Origin: Tubiluchus corallicola
Taxonomy: Eukaryota > Animalia > Priapulida
DNA length: 64,000 bases
NCBI GenBank assembly: GCA_030141605.1
Contig: JAQGDQ010002376.1
Coordinates: 168,422 to 232,421, forward strand
Reading direction: 5' to 3'
In this document: one piece after another, positions 27,301 to 39,300 of the stretch
Position numbering within the stretch: the stretch's first letter is position 1
Layout: every line of letters starts with the position of its first letter
Translations under genes and position numbers: made by a program
Notes under the pieces: generated by a model
What the model was told of the DNA's origin: nothing
Seen by the model: only the letters and a program-made list of their open reading frames with translations
Database searches by the model: none

Positions 27301-30300
27301 TGCAGCAAACTTGTGGGAAAGAGTCGCTAAGGAGTAGCAAAGAGTCGGTAATGTCCAATCAGGAGGTGGCTCATCAATTTGTATCTCGCAAACCGACTCT
27401 CTGGTACTAGGCTAGCTCGACAAACTGACTCTCTGGTATTAGGCTAACTCAACATGACTTCAATGTTTGCATTCTTTTTGCTCTATTATTTCCACTTGCT
27501 CACTATTATAACACACTGCTGAACGAAGCTCGAGTGCTAACTGAGCCGTTTTAACTAACAGTCTAACTGCAAAGACGCTAATGCTACTCAACGAGCTGCT
27601 TTGTTAACTGTTCCTGCCTGCCTCCTGAATAGATTACATGCAAACAAATTAACTACATCCTGACTTTCAGGTAAACACATCTGGTCAGGCACGTATTAAC
27701 AGTCAGAATAATTTAACTCGGCGACAAACTTTAATGATAAAAAATATTTTTGGGCTACTGTACCGAAATGCTCATACTGTTCGCATTTATGGAGCGCTGG
27801 CCCGCTATTGTGTGTCAAAAAGTTGGAAATAAATTTGCTTACCGTTTGCCATTTTGACATTTTCTAAAAAATTGGGGGGGGGGGCGGGCCCCTATAGCAC
27901 GACACCACTGGTTACGTTTCAGCTAATCTACCCATATGCTGTTTTTAGATTGTTGCTGTTTGGTTTCATTCTGAGTGTACACTGATGCTATGCTTTTACT
28001 TGTACCTTTTACTACAATCATAGCAGATGTTCATATTTGTATATTTATTTATATTTATTATATTTATTTATTCGCATTTATATTAAGCAGTATTTTAACG
28101 TATAAGCTAGTGGTGAATGTTTTGCATATTTTTATGATTTATAGGTCTAATTACATTATAATTTTTTAGTGTTTTAGCTAAATATTTCTAATTGAACCAG
28201 CGCCTTTGACAAAAAATTTTATTGAAAGAGCACATTATAAATAAGTGTATTATTATTATTTATTATTATATGAGTAAAGGAGACTAGTGTTTTAAGCTGT
28301 CTAACAATGTATGTGTGATGCCATACTTGTGCCTCACACATATCACATATCTACATACACATAGTAGAGCTAACTAGACTTTTGTGGCTCTAGTTAGTAT
28401 TACAGTTAATATTAACACATCAGTGTTATTTGATATTTATATGTTATGGTTGCCCTTCATTAACGAAGACGATGATCCCAAAGATAGTAGGAATAACCTG
28501 TGCAAAGATTTGATTTAAGTGATCCTGATGTGCAAGAACCTCAGTCGCACATGCTTCGGAATCCAAGCATTCATCCGATGGCAAGAGATAGCCAAGACGA
28601 TCGGGATGCTAGGATTTCTGAAGTGAGCTGCCAATACTCAGATCCTTTAGAGCCCGCCTTTGTCCGCCTGCCCGCCATGCATATCCTTCCTTCGCCTTCA
28701 CAATTGAATTCAACGAGCAAGTCCAATTTCACCTGATCAGCCGTTGAGGGTTCACTATTTAACCCATGGTTGGGACATGATTGGTGAGTGGCAGAGCATG
28801 TCCACACACTGGTGGGTCATGCACTCTGCACCTCTGGGGCTCATGTTGCTCGGAGATCTCCTATAATTTAACCTGGAGTATTTATACAAATATTGCCTTA
28901 TTTACAAAAAAAAATTAATTGTTCTTCACTTATTTCATTTATTGCAGTCTGAAGATGAGTTAGGTCATTAGGTTATTAACCCAAAATCTAACTAAAGCAT
29001 AAAATGCCATAATAAAGATTTTTTAATCAGGAGATTAAATCCTTTGATTTATAAGACACTAATGAATACATTAAACTTGCTTACTCCAATTCCAAATACC
29101 TAAGTGTTTTATCATTGTAGCATAAGACATAAAAATTCTGATTAAGAAAAGCTGGATCAGAATTTTCAAAAAATCCTTGGACTGATTCTAAAGAACAGCA
29201 ATTTTTTAACGTTTTTTCACTCCTTTGATTTTCGAGAGGTGAGATAAATGATGACACGTGGAGATTTCTTCTAACTGGTGGAGTAGCACTGGAGAATCCG
29301 TATCCAAATCCAGCTTCTGATTGGCTTACAGACAAATCTTGGTCGGAAATCGTCCGCGCTTCAAAATTGAAGTCACTGAATGGGTTTATGAAACGTAACT
29401 TATCTTTTTAAAATTGTGCTCGAAACATGCTGTTTTTAGTGTTTAAAAATGTTCTGCTTTAGAAATTATACCTGAACAACTTATAACTGTACTTGCAGTT
29501 GTAGCAGTTAAAATTTCATCTACTGTTAAAACTAAGACGTGTAGCCTTATGGCCACACCATAACTTGGTGCACTAAACCATGTATGATTTTGCAATTTAA
29601 AAAAAAATCTTTCATTTAAATCGCAGTATCTTGTATTGTATATGTATATTTCTATAAAATATATTGATACGTCAAATATCAGATGTTGTGGAGAATCTGA
29701 AAGAGTGGAAACGGGTATATGATTCCACATCACCCAGCAAAGAAACCTATCCCGGTGAATGGAACAACTTGACAGATTTAGATCGCATGGTTGTCCTTCG
29801 CTGCTTAAGGCCAGATAAAATTGTTCCAGCAGTTCAGGTAAGAACCCCAATTTTGACTTTAAAACGTAATTTAATTTTACCTTTGGTATATTAAATGAAA
29901 TGATTAAATGAAATTACTTTAGATGAGATTAAAATATAATAAATTGCTAATATAGGTAGGTTATCTTGTAAGCAATGAAACTACTTTATGTATCTAGTGT
30001 ATTTGTTTTTCACCATTAACTTAGGGTGCTGCAATTGAAGATAGTCTGCCATAATTAACAGTCAGTTACAACCAGGTGACTTTATAGCACATCTTATTGA
30101 AAAAAACGTCAGTAAAAAGGAATGTTTATTTATGTCACACTAAAGTCTAAATGTTTACTGGTTTTTCTAAGTACTAAACAATTTCTTTTGTAGATTAAAC
30201 TAGCGTATAAGTAGTTTTTGGTCTTGCCAAATTTGTCGGCTTCTATTGGTGTCGCATTTAAAGAAATTGAATGTGAAGCGAATTTAATGCTTAATGCTGT

Positions 30301-33300
30301 TTTGCTACCAATATGAGGAAACGTGCTTAATTAACTCTATGATTCTCAGTCTGATAACACGCATGTCAACTGTAGTACAGAGTTAGAACAAGTGCTAATT
30401 AATTGTTTTAAAGGTGTGGATATATTGGTCTGACTTCTAAGTTTGACTGAGTGATTCAAATTTGGCAAAATTATAAGTTAATAGAAAAAAAGTGAAGCAA
30501 ACAATTTAGAAACTCATTCTATCTAATTATTAAAGCACTTTTCCTTGGATACTTTTACTGTAATCAGTAGCTTACTGCAACCCAGCAATCTAGACTCTAG
30601 ATAGCATCAGCAGATTAATCAGTTTTCTGTAATTAGTAGTTAACCTACCACAGCCCAGTACTCTAGAACCTAGACAGTATCAGCTATTAAACCAACTTTC
30701 TGTAATCAGTAGCTAACTCACCACAACCCAGCAGTCTAGACTCTAGACAATATCAGCTGATAAATCAGTTCATGGAAATCAGTAGCTAACCTACCACATA
30801 CAGCCGTGCAGTCTATATTCTATAAGTAGCAGCAGTTTACTGTAATCAGCAGCTAACCCACCCCAGCCCAGCAGTCTAGATTATAGATCAGCAGATAAAC
30901 CAATTTACGGGTAATAAGTAGAAATAGTCTGTTGTATACGAAGTTCTTTATAACAGGGTTTGTTATATTGAAGGTTTGCTGTAGTAAGCTGATGAGCAGT
31001 GAGCTCAGACTTAAATTATGCAATTAAAACTATGTGTAAATAAATGCAATATACATTTTCAGGCGTTCATTACAGACCATCTTGGTGCTTCTTATATAGA
31101 GCCGCCGACCTTTGACCTCATGGGTTCATATAACGACTCACACTGCTGCAGTCCACTAATTTTCATTTTATCACCAGGAGCCGATCCTATGATTGGTTTA
31201 CTTAAGTTTGCCACTGACTTAGGTTTCTATGAGAATCGTATACAAAGAATATCACTTGGCCAGGGTCAGGTAAGTTGGTTATCATTATTTATTATTACTA
31301 GGTTGTAGGGCATTACCTGTACTTTAAAATTATTTAAAGAGATGTAAACGGAACGAACTCAAATGTAAACAAAATCAACATGCGGCAAATGAAATCATTC
31401 TTTGACAGTCCATAAACACAGCTACTTGGTTTAAAGTGCATTTTATCAGTATGATAATGAATAGAATAAATACATACATACATGATCATTAACAATTATG
31501 GAACAGCACTAAGTGATCAGCTAACAGTTTTATATGCAACCTACATAAAAGCCTTTCACGTGAAGTCAGTCACGACATTTAACGTGAAGAAGTACAATAG
31601 ATTGGTGAGACAATACATACAAGTTTTTGATAAAACTAAAATTGTAATAGCCACTTACAAGAGAAAAATACAAAAAAAGGAGAAAGAATGGTGAGAATTA
31701 TAATGGCACATTCAGTCTATCTGTATGTCTTTCGCCAGCTTTTCTAAGCCCTGAGTAATTTAAGAAGTTGATACTTGACGTACTGGTACAGCAAATCGTA
31801 CTAATTTTTGGGTCAATCTGCTCATATTTGGATTTTTTATAAATGTTAAATATCAGCGTGTAACAATTCGCGCTGCAATCTGCCGACACAATCAAACGAT
31901 TACTCAGTAGGAAAAAATCAACTAACAACAAAATTACCTGTGTCCAAATGTCCCATGTGTCCAAATGTCCTCATGTCCAAATGTCTTATGTGTCGAAATA
32001 TCCTGTTTCGAAAACGCCTAGTACCTATTTGTACAAATATAGCCCTATGCAGATTGCAGACTGTGAAGTTGCATATGGCATATAGACACACAATACACCC
32101 AAAACACAATATTTTTCACATGCTGTAACTTGTAGATTGCTGAGTTCTCTAGACTGTAATGTTGTCCATTGTCTAGGACTTTTTGTACATTCCTGTCACT
32201 GTTTTGTATCATATGCATATTAGCATGGATGCCATTAATTGCTTGTGGAAATATTACATTTGTTAAAGAATTCAGTGTGTAAATACGAAGTTTCTTGACT
32301 TTCAGTCTTTTCTACATCCTTATTTGTTGTTAATATAATGGATAAAAATCTGTGAAGTGACTTTTTTAGAGCATTACATTAACATAGCTTCTAGCAAGAG
32401 ACAAAGTCCCACCAACCAGCTGCTGCTAAGCAAGCAAATGAGCATTTAGTATAGGCACTTAGTTCGCAATAAATTTTGTGCTAGAATCTTAGATTATACT
32501 GCCGATTATAATGTTGTTATATGTGCTGGTTCTCTGATTATTTAGACAAATTTCTATAAATCAGTTCTGTGCATTTATCAGATCTTGGTGAGGTATCGAT
32601 AGCTCAGTCTTTCCCTCGATCTTGTAATTTTATTAGAGCCAAAATATTGCAAGCACCGACTCACAGTGATTTCTAAACTATAAGTGACCCGGATATCTAT
32701 AAACCGAATTTGTGACTTTAATTCGGCATTTTCTCAATTAGATCACAAAATAAAAAATTTGTCATCTAACAACAGAATTACACTAATAATATGTAATCAA
32801 CTAATAAATCATAGTTAATGATTTTATATGTTATTATTAATAAAACATTGAAAAGGAGCTAATACCTCGAATTGTAATATGTAAACTGACAACCATAGCA
32901 GGTTTTTCGGTGTTGTGATTGCTACATTTCAATAATTATTAATCCTACACAATTAATTAACTTGGTTTACTAGAAATACTTTTGGTTCTATATCTATACT
33001 GATGATTATGTCAATTTATAGGGTCCTATTGCAACCGACATGATTAACCGAGCAATAACCGATGGCTCATGGGTTATATTGCAAAATTGTCACTTGGCTA
33101 CCAGCTGGTTACCCAAACTAGAAAGAATTTGTGAAGAGGTTTATATTTTTTTTATTATTTACTCTTTTTCATTAGCACATATTGAATTATGGTTTACATT
33201 GATTGCATTTGCCACACGGTATTTTTGTAATGAAATTTCTAATCATTGTGTAAGATTCTTTAACTCAGGGATCAGACATGTACAACAAATAATTTAAACT

Positions 33301-36300
33301 GCCAAATTAGTTAGTTAATATTATATATGCTCACACACTCATGCACACACACACATTCATTGAAAAAGAATATAAACATAAATGTTATTGTTGTTTTACT
33401 GTGCCTATTTAACTATGTAGTATACAATTACTAGTGCATTTATTGAACTCTTTGAGTAACTTATTCAAAACAATCTCATATTCCAAGCAAGGTTGGAATA
33501 CAAATACCAAGTTACTTAATAATTAGATTATATTTGTTATATCCTTCCAGTTTGAGGTAGAGGTATATAGAATGCAAAGTAATTGTTCAGTTATTGTGTG
33601 GTAAATGCATTGTAAATATGGTATCTGGTACTCCGAAATGCCAATAAAAAAATCTGCTAATTGTATATTATAATTATGTTTTGTGCTACCTATGTTTTTA
33701 TTAAACACTTAATTATCACAGGTTTAAGTTAAAAAACTAATAAATTTTTAAATCTTGTCCTTGTGCCATTTTTTGCTGTGGCTGGACGTTGTACTTAGAT
33801 TTTTTCTTTAGTAATTGCAGTGAATAGTGTAAAATTTGGTGACATAATGTCAAATATTTTAACATAAGGATATTACAGCTATCCCGTGTATAGCTACAAC
33901 TATTGTTAGCAGTACCATCGGGGTAATTTCCTAAATTAATGCAAAACTGTTAGGCTTACATTAGGATCTTACAGTCAAAGTCCGTGCCTGATTATTGGCA
34001 CAGAATAAATTGTCTTAAGCGAATTATCACATGCAAATTTTTTTTCATTCAAGAATTATGTTGTTATAGCAAAAATAAGTCATTCTAATCATCACCCAAA
34101 TCATGCTAAAAGGTCCATGCACAGAAATATGGAGACCTACCCTGGTAAGATTTACTTTCTGATGTACACTTTCCAACTACTAATACATAGGTTGGCCATT
34201 TTAAAGATTAAAGAAAATATGTGAAAATAGATACTTTTACCATAACCACAGAAGCTTGCAGCTGATGCCAGTCGTAGCTACTTAAAATACCAGAATTTAA
34301 GTTCAAACTCCAGAGAATAAAATGTTTATTTTTGCTTTTACTTTAAATGGTGGGTAAACTCATCCCTAGAGTTTAAACTAGGAGATGTCTATCAATAAAA
34401 ATAGTGTTCTGTAATCTTTGTCTTCAAATGCTGGTCAGTACGCCCTACAGAACATGCCTGACACAAAAGGTTATAGACAACTGTTGCAGTTCGTATCACG
34501 TTGATTCTATGACTTCAACTCAGAAAATCTGATTTTGCGTAAACAACAGTAAAAGCTACATGTATACCAGGAACAAGTTGCCTAACCTTCCCGTTGAACT
34601 GGTCGGTAAGATGCCCATGATACAGCAGCTTCAACCATTTTTGCTGTGGTTCTTTTTATTCAGAATAAAATTTGTTATAGCAAGAACGGCAGTCAATTAG
34701 ACTGCATTAGTACTGTTATTTTATTGTTGCTCTTAATAGAACTTGTTATAGCAGGAACGAATCAACGAGACGGCACTACTACTGCTATTTTGTTGTTTTG
34801 TAGACTATCAGACCAGAAATAACTCACAGCGACTTCCGTTTGTGGCTGACGACTTATCCATCTGATCAGTTTCCCGTTTCTACCTTGCAAAATGGTGTCA
34901 AGATGACGAATGAACCCCCAAAAAGTTTGCGAGCAAATTTGTTGAGATCTTACCTAAATGATCCTGTATCTGATATGAGGTTCTTCAACACTTGTGAGCA
35001 ACCAGAGGTGGATGTGCACATTTGTAAAACTTTAATTTTTTTTAAATACAATGACTGCAGATACAACTATAGTCAAACCTTGTTATAAGCCTTCCTTTTA
35101 TAATTCAAACCTCGCTTAATGCCCAAATTTTTAGCAAAACAAAATGTCTATATTTGCATACACATGTATGTATTAATGCACTTTGTTGTAATGCCAAACT
35201 CGCCATAACGTCATCTTTTTGAGATCGAAAGCAGGCGATATAAGGAGATTGACTATATGCATATTTACTATATGCCAGTTTTCTAACAAATTCTGCAATT
35301 CATCAATAGTGCCGTATGAACAGCCAATAACAGATATCAGACATTATGTTTATTGTTTTTAGGAATCACTAAATGGTGTGTAGTGTTAAGAATCTACATG
35401 TATGTGTGCTTAATTTCATTAGTAATAATTCATTATAATTTGCAATTTCTGTTGGCGTATAAAAAACAAATATTGCCTAGTTGTTTTGGACAGCAATGCA
35501 TTTCTCACTTTCATGAACAATAGCCCTTCAGACTTACAAGCAGGGCCAGATTATGACCTTTTGGGGCCCCTAGGCTAATGAAATTATGGTGTCTCCTCAG
35601 ATGGGGCCAGGGCCCTTAATCTCAAATAAGAGGCTACTTGTTTTAAAAATTGTGTTTTTAGACTCCCGAACCTCCTTTTTTTAAAGTTGAAGTTTTATTT
35701 TAAATTAAAGGAATTATTCAGCAATGCAAAATATTAAAATATGTTACTCATTTTTTTTTAAAAAAAATATTTGAAAATTTTTTACTAGAGCCCTCAAGCT
35801 TGGGGCCCTATAGGCTGCAGCCTGTACTGGCTTATAGGATAATGTGTCCCTGCTTACAAGACTAAGATACTTCCAAACGATCAAGCTATAGTAACAAAAT
35901 TAATTTTTGAAAGAGTCTTACTCTTATGCATTTACAACAAGAAATGAGAACTATTGAACATGTACACTTAAAAATTTATAAGTAATATTTTTAACTTATA
36001 CGTCTATGGCTGGTGTACTTTTAAAATATTAGTTGTAATGTAAAAAGCATTACATGGACTGGCCCCAGCTTACTGAGCTAAGTGTCTGCCATTTCGTGTT
36101 TATAACAGGAGCATACGAGCTAGGAAAGCAAATGAATGAATTAAAACTTGTTGCACCTTAACAAAAAAGTCTTAAGGACAACAAAAAGAAAGTCGTTGCT
36201 GATTTAAGATTTGTAAGCATTGCACCAAAGTGCTGGAATAAGCTACCAGCTAAAATTAGAGAATGCTCAGATTGAATTTTTTTTAAAAGGAAACCAAAAA

Positions 36301-39300
36301 CTCATCTTTTTAAGCAGTATTGTAATGTGTAAGTGGTGAATGTTTTGGAAATTTTTTTTGATTTATAGATGGGTCTAATTGTATTATTTTTTAGTTTTTT
36401 ATCTAAATATTTTTAATTGTGCAGCACCTTTTTTTATTGAAAGAGCACTTTAGAAATAAATGCATTATTTATTACACATCATTGTAGCATTTGGCTTGGT
36501 AAAGCAACAAACTTTATATGCTGGTACTTTTGGTTCAAATGCTCATTGAGGTACATTTCTTTCCTTGCACTTTGTAAGTCTGGCTATTAACTAAATCTAG
36601 CTACTGTTTAGTCTTTTAGCTGTTTACATTTTACCAATAGCTATTATATGGATAGATTTCTTTTAACAGTTGTTTAAAAAACTGCTTTTTGGACTTTGCT
36701 TCTTCCATGCATTAGTCCAGGAAAGAAGAAAGTTTGGTCCACTTGGCTGGAATATACCATATGAATTTAATGAGTCAGACTTACGAATTAGCATTAAACA
36801 ATTAAAGGTAAGCAAATTAAGAACTCTAGTGACATATTTTCACTAAAGCCCTGTTTAGACTATCAGGCATCTCTGCTGTGACCAGATATCATTCCTGCAT
36901 GTCACTTATCTCTGGGCAAGTGTCGTGTGTTTAGATTATGAAACTTACCCATGGAAAACAATGCAGTCACTTGCAAAAAATTCAGACCTCTGGTTAAATA
37001 AATTTTATCCAGAAAAACTCATCAGGAAAGCAGTTCACTGAAAAATTATGCAAGGTGAATTTCGTCAGTGTCACGCAAAGATGACATTCACTCATGTCTA
37101 GACTATCGAAAAATCTAAACGCACTCTTAACTATGAATTATTCAAGTGCGGTGAAATAGTAGATGTGGATGCGCCCAGTCCGGGCAAAGAAATGGTAAAA
37201 ATTGGCCTTGAACTGTGCGATAGACCTGCAATTTGTTAAAATAACAGATTACAAAAAGTGCTTAAAAACGTGCTAAACTAAAGGTTATTACTATTTAGAC
37301 AAAATGAAAAATTAGATTTAAGAAGACTGAAATACAAATTATTACTTTATGATTCTAGAGATTTGAAGCAATTCTAACAAGTTTAAACTATTAACTAATT
37401 AGTAAAGTAGATAGTGACTTACATTTGCTAGTGACAACTTTGGCTTGAAAATACAACTAGTGACTGTTAAATTGTAACAAAATAGACAAAGCAATGAAAG
37501 TATCACCAAACGGCATGATCAGCATAGCGGCAACAGAAAATCTAACTATGTGTAAAAACAAGTGTGATTGATAGGTGGTGTATACTAATAAGGCTTAGGT
37601 CACGTGATTAAGACTGGCTTCGTTTCATACACTTTCAGGAAATGTATATTTGTAAAAATACAAAAAGAAAATAAATAATTATAGAAGATTAAATTAAATT
37701 GCCTGACATCAACAGTAGTATTTCATTTTGAGAACTAGTTCATGGAAATTGCATAAAAATAAATAGACTTAAAAATATTGTACGTAAATGATAAAACAGT
37801 CAGACGTACAAAACAAAAAATATAGTTTGCGGTCTATATATTTTCACTAGATGCCGTTACATTCACGGCTATATAAGACGATCAATATATTTTTCTCTGA
37901 AAGAATATTAATAAAGTACTTTTACTCTTACTCAGTATTTACCTAAAGCAAGTACTTATCATTTATAAAGTATACATAAATGACTTATCATAACAAATGT
38001 CTTTCCATTTTTCCAGATGTTTTTAGACGAGTATGATTATTTCCCATTGGAGGCACTCACATACTTAACAGGAGAATGCAATTATGGTGGTCGTGTGACA
38101 GACGATAAAGACAGACGACTCCTACTTTCTCTTTTGTCAATATTTTACACTCACGAAATATCTTGGAATGAAAAATACAAGTAAAAAGCACCTGTCTGTT
38201 AAATTTTATACTATTTAATCGTGTGATTTATTGGGTAACCATGTGAATTCCCATGGTATTTTACCACGGTTGTCAAAACTGGGGAAGGCTAACGTTTTAC
38301 CTGGAAATAACTTAGACTTCAACACTTTTACCCGTGTAATTTCAACTACCTATAAACTACCTATACACATTGTTAAAACTTTGAAAGAAAGGCAAACATT
38401 TGAGAAAACCCAAGGCCACTGAGTCCTGCACCAAAACCAGCCTACAATTGGGCATGATAAGCTATTAGGATTTAGTTATCCAACTTTTTTATAATTTACG
38501 AACTGTAATTCGTCAACCGTCTTTCCACCGTTCAATCGTCATTCCCACATTTGCCATTCTTTATCTTGCTTTGTAGTAAAAACAAATGAATCACAAAACT
38601 AATCCAGTTGCAATAAAATGTAACAGACAAAACTGGACAAATTTAATAATTGGCCATTACAGTTTATAAAGAAATAGTAGCGGTAGAGGTAGTGGAAGTG
38701 GTAGTGGTAGTGGTAGTAGTAGTGGTAGCAGCAGTAATAGCAACAGCAGTAGCAGGAATAGTATGTATATATTACTATAACACTATGCACAGATTTTATT
38801 CTATAATGCACATGCAAGCATAAAATTAAAAATGTACTTACTATAATACACTGTTTTTCATAGGTTTTCTCCGAGTGGTATTTACAAAGTGCCACAGGAA
38901 GGTGAGTATTCTACATTTGTGGACTATATTCGTAATTTGCCCATGGTTCCACACCCGGAAGTGTTTGGCTTGCATGAAAATGCTGACATAACAAAGGATA
39001 ACCAGGAAACTCAGCAGGTAATTATGTCTCTTAAATGATTTATGGGATTTCAAAAATGACTCTATAATGACTGGCTGGCTATTATTTGAAGAGACATTAA
39101 AACGACTCTTTTGAAAAATCGATCCTTTTTTTTTACAAATGGCTCCAACACACCCGTGATCACTCAAGGTAAGGATTTATACAGTTACTATTATCCATAC
39201 AGTGAAAAAATTTTTAACTTTTTCACAGTTTACGTATGTTATTGTGGAATTTAACATTCGGAACTAAGATAATGATTCCACTTTTGGATATGGTTACGGC

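Noticed and set aside
16326-29394. Possible pseudogenisation of the dynein gene (no in-frame YAG acceptor at two exons)
   Set aside because: The frame is fully restored with GAG acceptors, and none of the 40 exons contains a stop or frameshift.
38599-38895. Tyr/His/Cys-rich minus-strand ORF
   Set aside because: Product of the imperfect trinucleotide repeat at 38675-38762.
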